Counted from the stretch's first letter, positions 17,679-28,598 are shown. The stretch: 64,000 nt of DNA from SAR202 cluster bacterium (GCA_016872495.1 VGZT01000005.1:10940-74939); one strand, 5' to 3'. Program-made: numbers and translations. The notes: generated by a model from the sequence alone, not told the origin.

Positions 17679-19610
17679 CTAGACTTCCCTGAACTCGCCT
17701 TCCACAGTGTCGTCGGGCTTCTTCTTGCCCTCGGGCCCACCTTCGCCGGACTCTCCGGCACCCGGTGCGCCGCCGGAAGCGCCGCCGCCTGAGGCCTGCT
17801 GATTCGCGTATACCGCCTGGCCGACCTTCTGCATGGCGGTCTGCAGCGCCGTGATGGCTGCGACGATGTCCGTGGTCTTAGAAGCCTGTTTGCCGAGCAT
17901 TTCTCGAAGCGTCTTGATGTGCCCCTCGATCTCGGCCTTGAGATCCGCCGGCACCTTGTCGCCCTGGTCCTTGAGCAGCTTCTCGGCCGCGTAGGCGGCG
18001 CCGTCGCCGCTGTTCCTCGCCTCGACCGCTTCCTTCTTCTCCCGGTCCTCGTCGGCATGCTCTTCGGCCTCCCTGACCGCCCGCTCGATCTCGTCCTTGT
18101 TGAGACCGGACCTGCCAGAGATCGTGATGTGCTGTTCCTTCTTGGTGCCAAGGTCGCGGGCGGTGACGGTCAGCAGGCCGTCCGCATCGATGTCGAACTT
18201 GACCTCGATCTGCGGTACGCCGCGCGGCGCCGGCAGTATCCCGTCGAGGATGAACCGCCCGATCGACTTGTTCTCGGCCGCCAGCGGGCGTTCGCCCTGC
18301 ACGACATGGACTTCTACCTGGCCCTGGCCGTCGGACGCGGTCGTGAACGTCTCTGACTTGGAAGTCGGGATCGTCGTGTTGCGAGTGATCAGGACCGTGC
18401 GTACCCCGCCCAGCGTTTCGATGCCGAGCGACAGCGGCGTTACATCGAGGAGCAGGATGTCCTTCACCTCGCCCTCGAGCACGCCCGCCTGGATCGCAGC
18501 GCCCAGCGCCACCGCCTCATCGGGGTTGACGCTCTTGTTGGGCTCCTTGCCGAAGATCTCCTTGACCTTGGCCAGCACAGCCGGCATCCGGGTCATGCCA
18601 CCTACCAGGATGACCTCGCCGATATCACTCGGATTGACCCCGGCGTCTTTCATCGCCTGGACCGACGGCTCGCGAGTGCGATCGATCAGGTCCTGGACAA
18701 GCTGCTCCATCTTGGGCCGGGTCAGCGTCAGCGACAGGTGCTTCGGGCCGCTGGCGTCGGCCGTTATGAACGGCAGGTTCAACTCGGTCTGCGTGACCGT
18801 GGAGAGCTCGATCTTGGCCCTCTCGGCCTCGACCCGCAGGCGTTGAAGCGCAGCGCGGTCGTTCCTGAGATCGATGCCGTTCTCGGCCTTGAACTGGTCG
18901 GCCGCCCAGTTGACGATCCGGAGGTCGAAGTCGTCGCCACCCAGATGTGTGTCGCCGTTGGTCGACTTGACCTCGAACACGCCGCCGCCGAGCTGCAGGA
19001 CCGTGATGTCGAACGTGCCGCCGCCCAGGTCGTAAACGGCAATCAGCTGGTCGGTCTTCTTCTCGAGTCCGTATGCCAGCGCCGATGCCGTTGGCTCGTT
19101 GATGATGCGCAGGACTTCGAGGCCCGCGATCTGGCCGGCCACCTTCGTGGCTTCGCGCTGGCTGTCATTGAAGTAGGCGGGCACCGTGATCACGGCGCGC
19201 GTTACCGGTTGGCCGAGCTTGGCCTCGCTGTCTTCCTTTATCTTCCGCAGGATCATCGCTGAGATCTCGGGCGGCGACGTGGGCTTGCCGTTGAACGTGA
19301 CCCATGCGTCGCCGTTGTCGGCCTTCGCCAGCCTGTACGAGACCATCTTCTGGTCGCGCTGGACGGACTGGTCCTGGAACCGGCGCCCCATGAACCGCTT
19401 GACCGAGTAGATCGTGTTCTCCGGGTTCGTGATCGACTGGCGGCGCGCGAGTTCGCCAACGAATCGTTCGCCGGTCTTGGGGTTCACGGCGACGACCGAC
19501 GGCGTCAGCCGGCGCCCTTCCCGGTTCTCAACGACCCTTGCCTCGCCCGCTTCCCAGATAGCGGCGACCGAGTTGGTCGTCCCGAGGTCGATACCTATTG
19601 CCTTGGCCAT
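17679..19610 (-). CDS. dnaK: Molecular chaperone DnaK (Hsp70)
   Basis: [28 protein letters not shown], and full-length NBD, SBD and lid. Confidence 0.97.
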   Translation of the reverse strand: MAKAIGIDLGTTNSVAAIWEAGEARVVENREGRRLTPSVVAVNPKTGERFVGELARRQSITNPENTIYSVKRFMGRRFQDQSVQRDQKMVSYRLAKADNGDAWVTFNGKPTSPPEISAMILRKIKEDSEAKLGQPVTRAVITVPAYFNDSQREATKVAGQIAGLEVLRIINEPTASALAYGLEKKTDQLIAVYDLGGGTFDITVLQLGGGVFEVKSTNGDTHLGGDDFDLRIVNWAADQFKAENGIDLRNDRAALQRLRVEAERAKIELSTVTQTELNLPFITADASGPKHLSLTLTRPKMEQLVQDLIDRTREPSVQAMKDAGVNPSDIGEVILVGGMTRMPAVLAKVKEIFGKEPNKSVNPDEAVALGAAIQAGVLEGEVKDILLLDVTPLSLGIETLGGVRTVLITRNTTIPTSKSETFTTASDGQGQVEVHVVQGERPLAAENKSIGRFILDGILPAPRGVPQIEVKFDIDADGLLTVTARDLGTKKEQHITISGRSGLNKDEIERAVREAEEHADEDREKKEAVEARNSGDGAAYAAEKLLKDQGDKVPADLKAEIEGHIKTLREMLGKQASKTTDIVAAITALQTAMQKVGQAVYANQQASGGGASGGAPGAGESGEGGPEGKKKPDDTVEGEFREV

Positions 19611-19665
19611 CCGAGCCGAACTCCTTCTTGCCTAATCAGTCATCAGTCAGATGAATGGATGTATT

Positions 19666-20229
19666 TCAGGTCTGTGTGGCTGGTGATGCGCTGTCATCGG
19701 GCGGCGAAGCTGCGATCTCCACCAGCGCAGGTCGTATCACTTCACCATGCATGCGATAACCCATGCGGTGCACCCTGGTGACCGTGTCGGGCGGGCTTGC
19801 GGCGGTCGGAACGCGCGCGATGGCCTCGTGCAGGCGTGGATCGAACTTCTCACCCGCTCCGCCGTAGCCTTCGACACCCTCGCCCGCGAGCGCGGAGTCC
19901 AGGTTGCGTTTCACTGCACGAACGCCTTCGACCCACTTCTGGTCGACATCGCGCGCTGCATCGCCCTGCAGCGCCAGGTCCAACCCGTCCAGTACGCTCA
20001 GCAGCTTCAGCAGCAGCGCGCGGTTTGCCGAGCGCCGGAAGTCGTCCCGCTCCGTGTCCACGCGCTTGCGGTAGTTGACGAAATCGGCCTGCACGCGCTG
20101 CGCGAGCACCCGGAACTGGTCGCGCTCCCGCCGTGCCTCTTCTAACTCAGACGTGGGGGACCCGGCAGCGGTGTCGCCCGGCGCCTGGGCGGCGTCGATC
20201 TGTTCGTTCCCGATCTCTTCCTCAGTCAA
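19666..20229 (-). CDS. grpE: Nucleotide exchange factor GrpE
   Basis: RVQADFVNYRKR, LLSVLDGLDLAL, FDPRLHEAI, GYRMHGEVIRPALV. Confidence 0.9.
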   Translation of the reverse strand: MTEEEIGNEQIDAAQAPGDTAAGSPTSELEEARRERDQFRVLAQRVQADFVNYRKRVDTERDDFRRSANRALLLKLLSVLDGLDLALQGDAARDVDQKWVEGVRAVKRNLDSALAGEGVEGYGGAGEKFDPRLHEAIARVPTAASPPDTVTRVHRMGYRMHGEVIRPALVEIAASPPDDSASPATQT

Positions 20230-20253
20230 CAGGATCCTCCGGCCGGGCCGTGC

Positions 20254-20772
20254 CTACGCGCCCACAAATTCGAGAACCGCCTTCATGTGCGCACGCGCGG
20301 CGGTACCGCCGTTGGATTGCGCAGCAGCGTCGTCGTTATCGATCTCTTCCACTGCGAGTTTCAACCGGGCGACGACCTCCAGAAGTAATCGCACGCCCGC
20401 GAGGTTCAGGCCAAGCTCGCCTGCCAGCCGCCGTACGATCCTCAACCGCTCCAGGTCCTGGTCGGAATACAGTCGGAGGGCGCCAGCCGTGCGCGACGGT
20501 CGGATGAGGCCGACCCGCTCGTACTTACGCAGAGTCTGCGGGTGCATCTCAAGCAGGCGTGCCGCTACTGAGATGATATAGACGCCCGAAAACTCGACGG
20601 ACGCGACGACCTCGTCACTGACGCCGGCTTCGACTGGCGACTCTTCGTCCGCATCGGCTGCGAGGCGTGAGTCGCTCGCGGCGGGCTCCAGGTTCTGAAA
20701 CAGGCCGCCAGGCCAGGCATCTCCGCTTCCCGAGAAGCCGGTGCGTCGCCGGTCTTTTTCCTGACTGGTCAC
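20254..20772 (-). CDS. hspR: HspR-type MerR-family heat-shock repressor
   Basis: [52 protein letters not shown] matches the HspR HTH. First gene of the hspR-grpE-dnaK unit. GTG 20772 is the only in-frame start, giving an acidic N-terminal extension of about 65 aa. Confidence 0.8.
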   Translation of the reverse strand: MTSQEKDRRRTGFSGSGDAWPGGLFQNLEPAASDSRLAADADEESPVEAGVSDEVVASVEFSGVYIISVAARLLEMHPQTLRKYERVGLIRPSRTAGALRLYSDQDLERLRIVRRLAGELGLNLAGVRLLLEVVARLKLAVEEIDNDDAAAQSNGGTAARAHMKAVLEFVGA

Positions 20773-20853
20773 GCTTCTTGACCTTTCCTTGGCAATTCGC
20801 CATTAACCTCCGCCTGGTCAGGATTCGTTAAATCCCGCAACGGGCGGACAGTC

Positions 20854-20881
20854 TTGACAAGCCTGATACGTGGTATACATT
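20854..20881 (+). promoter_or_regulatory. Candidate sigma70-type promoter (TTGACA-16 nt-TACATT)
   Basis: Perfect -35 hexamer at 20854-20859 and TACATT at 20876-20881. It sits in an AT-rich intergenic island and points toward the small ORF at 21143. Confidence 0.35.
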
Positions 20882-21028
20882 ACGACTTGATACGGTTTGT
20901 GTCAATTCTGGTGAGTCATTCAAAGTCCACCTGTAGCTGGGAGAGCGTAAAAAAATCTTTACGAATTCTGGTCCACTACCCTAGTGCATTTGGCCCGAAA
21001 TCGTTGTACAGTATCCAGTCGGTCAGGC

Positions 21029-21067
21029 ATGGTGACGAAATTCGTCGAACGAATCCGCCACCATTTT
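21029..21067 (+). terminator. Terminator/attenuator-like interrupted hairpin with T-tract inside the leader
   Basis: ATGGTGACG (21029-21037) pairs with CGCCACCAT (21056-21064) with one A.C mismatch. Inner stem ATTCG/CGAAT with a 5-nt loop, followed by TTTT. An alternative hairpin GACGAA/TTCGTC overlaps it. Confidence 0.35.
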
Positions 21068-21142
21068 GGGCGCAACATATAGCGAAACCGTCGTGACCAA
21101 GGCGGCGTAGTCAGTGGTGAAAGAGAGAAAGGGGAGAAGAAC

Positions 21143-21301
21143 ATGCTTTACCTCAAGGCGTGCCCCCGATGTCGCGGCGATGTCAAGTTCGAGCGGGACA
21201 TGTACGGGCAATACCTGGAGTGCTTGCAGTGTGGCTTCCTCATCAGCTCCAAGCTCGATGAGAAGACTGGCAAGACAGAGGCCGGCACCAAGGCGGCCTA
21301 G
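21143..21301 (+). CDS. Small zinc-ribbon protein (52 aa), absent from the ORF track
   Basis: ATG at 21143 preceded by a GGGGAG SD 6 nt upstream. Translation MLYLKACPRCRGDVKFERDMYGQYLECLQCGFLISSKLDEKTGKTEAGTKAA has CPRC...CLQC knuckles. TAG at 21299-21301, followed by a strong hairpin. Confidence 0.6.
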   Translation: MLYLKACPRCRGDVKFERDMYGQYLECLQCGFLISSKLDEKTGKTEAGTKAA

Positions 21302-21326
21302 GCCCTTCAAGGCATAGGACGACAAA

Positions 21327-21353
21327 GACGCCCCCGGCCCGTGGCCGGGGGCG
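21327..21353. terminator. Hairpin terminator between the small ORF and the convergent DUF503 gene
   Basis: ACGCCCCCGGCC / GGCCGGGGGCGT, a 12-bp stem with a CGT loop, then TCTGGTT. Confidence 0.6.
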
Positions 21354-21398
21354 TTCTGGTTCGAGGCCGTTCCGCGGCCGGGTACCGGGTCGGGTTCC

Positions 21399-21728
21399 TC
21401 AGTCCGTCAGGTCGATCACCTCGCGGTCTGCTGCGAGTACCTGGACGTCGAAGAAGTTCGCTTCTACGAACTCAACGACACGCTCGATTACGGCATCAGC
21501 CGTCCGGGCGTCGCCACTGACGACAGCGATGCCGATCAAGGCCGATTGCCACTTGTCCTGGTCGCCCACCTCCGCTACCGATACCTCAAAACGGCTGCGC
21601 AGGCGGCCGCACAGCGACTTCACCACCTGGCGCTTGCCCTTCAGCGAGCGGATTTCGGGTATGTGCAGCGCAAGCCGACAAACTGCGACCTGCAAATTCC
21701 TTCTCCCGTTCAACCCACCGCTTCCCAT
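21399..21728 (-). CDS. DUF503 (YlxP-like) protein
   Basis: VAVCRLALHIPEIRSLKGKRQVVKSLCGRLRSRFEVSVAEVGDQDKWQSALIGIAVVSGD matches the DUF503 pattern. Start placed at ATG 21728; the track ORF start (21842) would run across the rex promoter. Confidence 0.75.
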   Translation of the reverse strand: MGSGGLNGRRNLQVAVCRLALHIPEIRSLKGKRQVVKSLCGRLRSRFEVSVAEVGDQDKWQSALIGIAVVSGDARTADAVIERVVEFVEANFFDVQVLAADREVIDLTD

Positions 21729-21772
21729 CGGCGCTTTCCGGCGGGCGGGTGCAAGTTGTCGCCCAAATACGC

Positions 21773-21790
21773 TTGTGATATAAATCACGG
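21773..21790. promoter_or_regulatory. Candidate Rex operator overlapping an extended -10 (TGATATAAA) upstream of rex
   Basis: TTGTGATATAAATCACGG compared with the Rex-box consensus TTGTGAA-N4-TTCACAA: left half 6/7, right half 4/7. 61 nt upstream of the rex start. Confidence 0.5.
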
Positions 21791-21850
21791 CCGGCGCGAA
21801 TTGCCCTTCGCCGGGGGTCGCTCCGGTCATTCCTGGAGGCATCCCAACTC

Positions 21851-22522
21851 GTGGCGATACTCAGACCCAGTATTACGACCGGTCCAGATCACAATATCTC
21901 AGACGTACCCTCGGTCGTCATACAACGCCTACCCCTCTATGTACGCGTGCTCGCCTACTTCGAGGGAAATGAATATGAGATGGTCAGCTCGGAACAGCTG
22001 GCCGGACGCCTCCAGATGACGCCCGCGCAGATCCGCAAAGACCTCAGCTACTTCGGCAAGTTCGGGAAACAGGGACGCGGCTACAACGTCAAGCGCCTGG
22101 CCGCCGAACTGCGCCGCATACTCGGCCTCGACCGCTCATGGAACGCCTGCCTGGTCGGCGTGGGCCGGCTTGGACGGGCCATCATCAGCTATCCGGGCTT
22201 CCAGCCCGAAGGGTTCAGGGTCGTAGCCGCGTTCGACGCCGACTCAGCCCTGATCGGGTCAGAGGTCGGCGAACTGAAGGTCGATCCCCTCGGAGATATT
22301 CCGGTGAAGGTACGCCGGCTGAACATCCGAATCGGCATCGTCGCCGTGCCCGCCCAGCACGCGCAGGGGGTCATCGACCGCCTCGTCGACGCCGGCATTC
22401 GAGCGATCCTCAACTACGCCCCGATCGCGGCGCAGGTACCGCCAAACGTCAGGGTCGCCAACATCGATCCGGTACTGGGCCTGCAGTCGATGACCTACTA
22501 CCTCAAGAACGCCCGCGGCTGA
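21851..22522 (+). CDS. rex: Redox-sensing transcriptional repressor Rex
   Basis: RLPLYVRVL, SSEQLA, IRKDLSYFGKFGKQGRGY, and Rossmann VGVGRLGRA. Confidence 0.9.
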   Translation: MAILRPSITTGPDHNISDVPSVVIQRLPLYVRVLAYFEGNEYEMVSSEQLAGRLQMTPAQIRKDLSYFGKFGKQGRGYNVKRLAAELRRILGLDRSWNACLVGVGRLGRAIISYPGFQPEGFRVVAAFDADSALIGSEVGELKVDPLGDIPVKVRRLNIRIGIVAVPAQHAQGVIDRLVDAGIRAILNYAPIAAQVPPNVRVANIDPVLGLQSMTYYLKNARG

Positions 22523-22561
22523 CCTCCTCGCGCGACGGCACGCGCTGGTAGACCACCCTCC

Positions 22562-23572
22562 ATGAAGGCAGTCGTGCAGAGCCGGTACGGACCCCCTGGC
22601 GAGGTCTTGCAAGTCCGCGAAATCGAAAAACCGACCATCCGCGAAGACGAGGTCCTCGTTCGGGTTCGTGCCGCATCGGTCCACGCCGACGTCTGGCATG
22701 TCGTGACCGGCCAACCCTACGTGCTCCGCATCATGGGCGCCGGTATCTTTTCGCCCGGGCGCCGCGTCCCCGGGACCGACCTGGCGGGCACCGTCGAAGC
22801 GGTGGGCGTGAAGGTGTCCCGCGTCAAGCCGGGCGACGCGGTCTTCGGCGAGAGCCAGCGCGGGATGCAGTGGAAGAACGGTGGGACGTTCGCCGAATAC
22901 GCGGCGGCCCCGGAAAGCGCGCTGGCGCTCAAGCCGGCCGGCGTGACGTTTGAACAGGCGGCGGCCGCGGCGACCGCCGGTTACGTCGCGCTTACGAACC
23001 TCCGGGGAAAGGCCGCAGTCCGAGCCGGTCAGGACGTGCTGATCAACGGCGCGGCAGGCGGAGTCGGGGCGATTGCCGTGCAGTTCGCCAGCGCACAGGG
23101 GGCGAAAGTAACCGGGGTCGACCGGACCGAGAAGCTGGAGCTGATGCGCGCGCTCGGGGCCGACCGGGTGATCGACCACACGAAGGAAGACTTCACGGCC
23201 GGCGACGAACGCTACGATCTGATATTCGACGTCGCCTCGACGCTCTCGCTGTCGCGGTGCAAGCGCGTCCTCAGGCCCGAGGGCGTCTATGTCTTCATCG
23301 GCCACGACCACTACGGGCGGGCTGGAAGGCGGGTACTGGGCAGCATTCCACGGGCGTTCGGGCTCATGTTCCGAGCACCCTTCGACCGTCACATCGCGAT
23401 GGCGATTGCCACCCCAAAGAAGCAGGAAGTGATGGCCGAGCTGGCGGAGCTCCTGGCGACCGGCAAGCTAAGGCCGGTGGTCGCCCGCACCTTCCCGCTC
23501 GAGTCGGTGGGGGAAGCCATCCGCGACCTCCAGGAGGGCCGCGTGCCCGGAAGGATCATCCTCACGCCCTGA
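22562..23572 (+). CDS. Medium-chain (zinc-type) NAD(P)-dependent alcohol dehydrogenase / quinone oxidoreductase family protein
   Basis: 336 aa. GTDLAGTVEAVG, PGDAVFG, LINGAAGGVGAIAVQ, C-terminal GRVPGRIILTP. Confidence 0.85.
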   Translation: MKAVVQSRYGPPGEVLQVREIEKPTIREDEVLVRVRAASVHADVWHVVTGQPYVLRIMGAGIFSPGRRVPGTDLAGTVEAVGVKVSRVKPGDAVFGESQRGMQWKNGGTFAEYAAAPESALALKPAGVTFEQAAAAATAGYVALTNLRGKAAVRAGQDVLINGAAGGVGAIAVQFASAQGAKVTGVDRTEKLELMRALGADRVIDHTKEDFTAGDERYDLIFDVASTLSLSRCKRVLRPEGVYVFIGHDHYGRAGRRVLGSIPRAFGLMFRAPFDRHIAMAIATPKKQEVMAELAELLATGKLRPVVARTFPLESVGEAIRDLQEGRVPGRIILTP

Positions 23573-23619
23573 GGACCGGGGGCTGCCTCGGCCGGCGGAG
23601 CCGCCCCGCAGGCCGCGTC

Positions 23620-24051
23620 CTATTGCTCCCTGCCGCCACCCATGCCGCGTCGCCGCCGCCGTGCGACTTCGACCCTGATACGGGCTCGCTGGAATGCCGC
23701 CAGCGCGGATTCGAGTTCCTCGGCCGCCCCGCGACCCGCGATTGCTTCCTGGGCGCTCTTGAGCGCCTTCTCGGCGCGGTCGATGTCGATCTCCTCGGCG
23801 CGCTCGGCGGTGTCGGCCAGGATCACGGCGCGGTTGGCCATGACTTCGAGGAAGCCGCCACTGACGGCCATGTTCGTCTCCTGCCCGCCCTTCCGGATCG
23901 TTATCTCTCCGGGCTGAAGCTGGGTCAGGAGCGCCGCGTGGTGCGGCAGGATCGTCAGCTGGCCCTCGACGCCAGGCGCAATCAACGCGTCGACCTCATC
24001 GTCGAGGACGCTGCGCTCAGCCGATACGATTTCTAGCCGAAGCGTCGCCAT
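23620..24051 (-). CDS. atpC: F1 ATP synthase epsilon subunit
   Basis: Last gene of the atp operon. LEIVSAERSV...GEITI...GGFLEV and a C-terminal helical hairpin. Confidence 0.9.
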   Translation of the reverse strand: MATLRLEIVSAERSVLDDEVDALIAPGVEGQLTILPHHAALLTQLQPGEITIRKGGQETNMAVSGGFLEVMANRAVILADTAERAEEIDIDRAEKALKSAQEAIAGRGAAEELESALAAFQRARIRVEVARRRRRGMGGGREQ

Positions 24052-24061
24052 CTGCCGTCGC

Positions 24062-25528
<1,467 letters not shown>

Positions 25529-26410
25529 TTAACGCTGGACGGCGGCCGCGCCGCCCACGATGTCGAGGATCTCCGAGGTGATCGATTCCTGCCGTGCCTT
25601 GTTGAGCTCGAGGCGCAGATCCTCGACCAGCTCATTGGCGGCGTCGGTCGCGTTCTTCATGGCGACCATGCGGGCTGAGTGCTCGCTGGCGATCGCCTCG
25701 AGTACGGCGTGGTAGACCTTCATCTGGACGTATCTCGGTAGCAGGCGCTCCAGCACGGCCTGCGGGTTGGGTTCGTAGATGTAGCCGACCGCTTCCTCGG
25801 CCTTGAGATCGGCGGGCTCGACCGGGATCAGTGTCTCGACCGTTGGCGTCTGCAGCGCGGTTGAGACGAACCTTGAGTAGGCTAGCCAAACGCGGTCCAC
25901 GCCCCGCTCCTCGAACTCCTTGATGACCAGGTTCGAGATCTGCAGGGTGTCCTCCAGGCTGGGCCGATCGCCCAGGCCGGTAAACGAGGCCTTGAGGTCG
26001 CTGCCGACCCTGACCACGAAAGTCCGGCCCTTGCGGCCAACCGAGACCACGGCCACCGGCCCGCCGGCGCCGCGGATCGCCTCGCCCGCAGCCCGGTTGA
26101 TGTTGGCCACCAGTCCTCCGCACAGGCCGCGGTCCGGCGTGATCAGGACCATCCCGGTGCTCTTGATCGTTCGCTCTTCGAGCAGCGGGACGACGGGTCC
26201 GTCGCCCGTCTCTTCCAGCGTCTTCAACTGGGCGGCGAGGTCGGCGAGCACCGCAGTGATCTTGTCGGAGTAGGGCCGTCCTGAAAGCACCATTTCCTGG
26301 GCGCGTCGCATCTTCGAGGCTGCGATGAGCTGCATCGCCTTCGTGATCTGCGAGGTGTTCTTGATGCTGCGGATTCGGCGCCGCAGCTCACGCGCGCTGG
26401 TAGCTGCCAT
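25529..26410 (-). CDS. atpG: F1 ATP synthase gamma subunit
   Basis: RRRIRSIKNTSQITKAMQLIAASKMRRAQ, and C-terminal LNKARQESITSEILDIVGGA. Confidence 0.95.
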   Translation of the reverse strand: MAATSARELRRRIRSIKNTSQITKAMQLIAASKMRRAQEMVLSGRPYSDKITAVLADLAAQLKTLEETGDGPVVPLLEERTIKSTGMVLITPDRGLCGGLVANINRAAGEAIRGAGGPVAVVSVGRKGRTFVVRVGSDLKASFTGLGDRPSLEDTLQISNLVIKEFEERGVDRVWLAYSRFVSTALQTPTVETLIPVEPADLKAEEAVGYIYEPNPQAVLERLLPRYVQMKVYHAVLEAIASEHSARMVAMKNATDAANELVEDLRLELNKARQESITSEILDIVGGAAAVQR

Positions 26411-27922
26411 TTACTTCTTCAACGTCGCCTTGAATGCCGTGGCCGCGGCGTCGAGCTTCCCGCGCTGGTCGTCCGACAACTGGTTGGTCTCGGCGATCCC
26501 CTTGAGAACATCGGGGATGTTTGCCGACGCGTACTCGTGCCAGGCGTCCTCGGTGGCCCTGATCTGTGCCACCGGCACGTCGTCGAGGTGCCCGGCGTTG
26601 AGCAGGTAGAAGATCGTCGTCTGCTGTTCCATCGACAGCGGCTTGAACTGCCCTTGCTTCAGGACCTCGGTCACACGCTGGCCACGCTCGATCTGGCGGC
26701 GGGTCGCGGCGTCGAGGTCGGCGGTCCCGAACGTGGTGAACGCCGCAAGCGCCTGGTACTGCGCCATGTCCAGCTTCAGGCGGCCGGCGACCGCGCGCAT
26801 GGCGCGTCGCTGTGCCGCGCCGCCGACACGGCTGACCGAGATACCCGCGTTCATCGCGGGCCGGATACCGGCGTTGAAGAGGTCGGGCTCGACGTAGATC
26901 TGGCCGTCGGTGATCGAGATGACGTTGGTGGGCACGTATGCCGAAACGTCACCGAGCTGGGTCTCGATGATCGGGAGCGCGGTGATCGAGCCGCCGCCAT
27001 TGTCGTTGTTGAGGCGGCAGGCCCGCTCCAGCAGGCGGGAGTGCAGATAGAAGACGTCGCCCGGGTAGGCCTCACGCCCCGGCGGGCGGCGGAGGAGCAG
27101 CGACATCTGGCGGTATGCCCAGGCGTGCTTCGTCAGGTCGTCGTACACGATCAGGGCGTCGCCCCCCTTTTCGAGGAAGTACTCCGCCATCGCGCAGCCG
27201 GCATAAGGGGCCAGGTACTGCAGCGGGGCGGCATCGGAGGCGTTTGCCGCTACGACGATCGTGTGATCGAGCGCGCCTTGCTGTTCGAGCGTCGTCACGA
27301 CCTGCGCTACCTTCGACGCCTTCTGGCCGATGGCGACGTACACGCAGATGACCTTCTCGTCCTTCTGGTTGATGATGGCGTCCAGGCAGATGGCCGTCTT
27401 GCCTGTGCTGCGGTCGCCGATGATCAGCTCGCGCTGGCCTCGCCCGACCGGCGTCAGGGCGTCGACCACCTTTACGCCGAACTGGAGCGGGGTGTCGACC
27501 GACTTGCGGGCCACGACGTTCGGTGCGATGCGCTCTACGGGCAACGACTTGCTCGACTGGATCGGTCCTTTACCGTCGAGCGGGCGGCCAAGCGGGTCGA
27601 CGACACGTCCGACCAGTCCCTCGCCGACCGGCACCTCGACGATGCGGCCCGTCGACCGGACTTCGTCGCCTTCCTTCACGTGCGTGTGGTCGCCCAGGAT
27701 GACTGCCCCGACGCTGTCCTCTTCCAGGTTCAGGGCCATGCCCAGGGTGTCGCCCGGGAACTGGAGCAGTTCCGTGTACTTGACGTTACTCAGGCCGTGG
27801 ACGCGCGCGACGCCATCGGCGGCCTCTACAACGGTCCCAACGTCGACCATCGTGAGTTCGCCGCCGAACTCCTCGATCTGTCGCTTGATGACCGAGGCTA
27901 TGTCCTGTCCTCTGACCGCCAT
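26411..27922 (-). CDS. atpA: F1 ATP synthase alpha subunit
   Basis: Walker [42 protein letters not shown]. Confidence 0.97.
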   Translation of the reverse strand: MAVRGQDIASVIKRQIEEFGGELTMVDVGTVVEAADGVARVHGLSNVKYTELLQFPGDTLGMALNLEEDSVGAVILGDHTHVKEGDEVRSTGRIVEVPVGEGLVGRVVDPLGRPLDGKGPIQSSKSLPVERIAPNVVARKSVDTPLQFGVKVVDALTPVGRGQRELIIGDRSTGKTAICLDAIINQKDEKVICVYVAIGQKASKVAQVVTTLEQQGALDHTIVVAANASDAAPLQYLAPYAGCAMAEYFLEKGGDALIVYDDLTKHAWAYRQMSLLLRRPPGREAYPGDVFYLHSRLLERACRLNNDNGGGSITALPIIETQLGDVSAYVPTNVISITDGQIYVEPDLFNAGIRPAMNAGISVSRVGGAAQRRAMRAVAGRLKLDMAQYQALAAFTTFGTADLDAATRRQIERGQRVTEVLKQGQFKPLSMEQQTTIFYLLNAGHLDDVPVAQIRATEDAWHEYASANIPDVLKGIAETNQLSDDQRGKLDAAATAFKATLKK

Positions 27923-28043
27923 CGGAACCCTCCGCAGCTTGTCCTGCGGGCATCGCCCGCTTGATTAACAATCCCGGCGCCTCACGCGCCCCTTCGTTAT
28001 CGACGGGTGCCGCGCACCCGCGGGAGGATTTCTCCCGGCTCTA

Positions 28044-28598
28044 CTAAGTCCCTGCTTTCTCCGCCGGCGGCAACGCCAGGGCTTCCCGCATCGACTCGAG
28101 CTTTGTCCTTGAGCTCCCGTCGATCAGGCGGTCGCCGACCCGCGCGATCAGTCCCCCCAGGATGGCGGGATCGATCCGCTCGGTCGATAGCACTCGCTTG
28201 CTGACCAGCTTGCCCAGTTCATCCGCCACGCGCTGCTTCTCGCCGCCGACCAGCGGCACCGCGGTGACGATCACGGCGCGGGCGACACCCTGGTGGTTGT
28301 CGACCAGCGCCTGAAACTGTTCTTTGATATCCCTCACCAGCCGCACCTGCCGGTGCTCCACCAGTACGGAGAGGAGGTTGCGAGCGTATTCGCTGGCATC
28401 GCGCAGTACCGTCTGCACGCCGTGGTACTTGACGTTCTCGGGCACCTGCGGCGATTCCAGGAACACCGCGAAGTCGTTGTTACCAACGGCATCGGCGAGG
28501 CGTTCCAGGTCGCGCTGCCACTGCTCGACCGTCCTGCCTTCGAGCGCGAGCGCGAAGGCAGCCTGGGCGTAGCGGCGTGCGGTCGGTCGGCGTGCCAA
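28044..28598 (-). CDS. atpH: F1 ATP synthase delta (OSCP) subunit
   Basis: Position between atpF and atpA. YAQAAFALA...DGSSRTKLESM pattern. Confidence 0.85.
   Translation of the reverse strand: MARRPTARRYAQAAFALALEGRTVEQWQRDLERLADAVGNNDFAVFLESPQVPENVKYHGVQTVLRDASEYARNLLSVLVEHRQVRLVRDIKEQFQALVDNHQGVARAVIVTAVPLVGGEKQRVADELGKLVSKRVLSTERIDPAILGGLIARVGDRLIDGSSRTKLESMREALALPPAEKAGT

Noticed and set aside
20773-20960. HspR operator (HAIR, CTTGAGT-N7-ACTCAAG) upstream of hspR.
   Set aside because: The best candidates are CTTGATA-CGGTTTG-TGTCAAT at 20885-20905 and ATTGCCA-AGGAAAG-GTCAAG on the minus strand at 20775-20795. They match only 3-5 of 7 positions per half, which is not distinguishable from chance by eye.
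20900-21020. Replication origin: DnaA-box-like GTCCAC motifs (20925-20930, 20971-20976) in an AT-rich spacer.
   Set aside because: Only the TCCAC core matches. There are two copies rather than a cluster, no dnaA/dnaN/rpmH context, and the spacer is better explained as divergent promoters plus a leader.
21351-21375. tRNA-like T-arm (GGTTCGAGGCC) after the small ORF terminator. More generally, tRNA/rRNA genes in the intergenic regions.
   Set aside because: No acceptor stem, D-arm or anticodon arm can be built around it. No other intergenic region shows tRNA, rRNA, tmRNA or SRP RNA signatures.
27923-28043. 120-nt structured spacer between atpH and atpA with three short GC hairpins, considered as a regulatory RNA.
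   Set aside because: The hairpins are short (5-6 bp), as expected by chance in GC-rich DNA. There is no terminator tail or recognisable motif. It is probably an mRNA processing or stability spacer at most.
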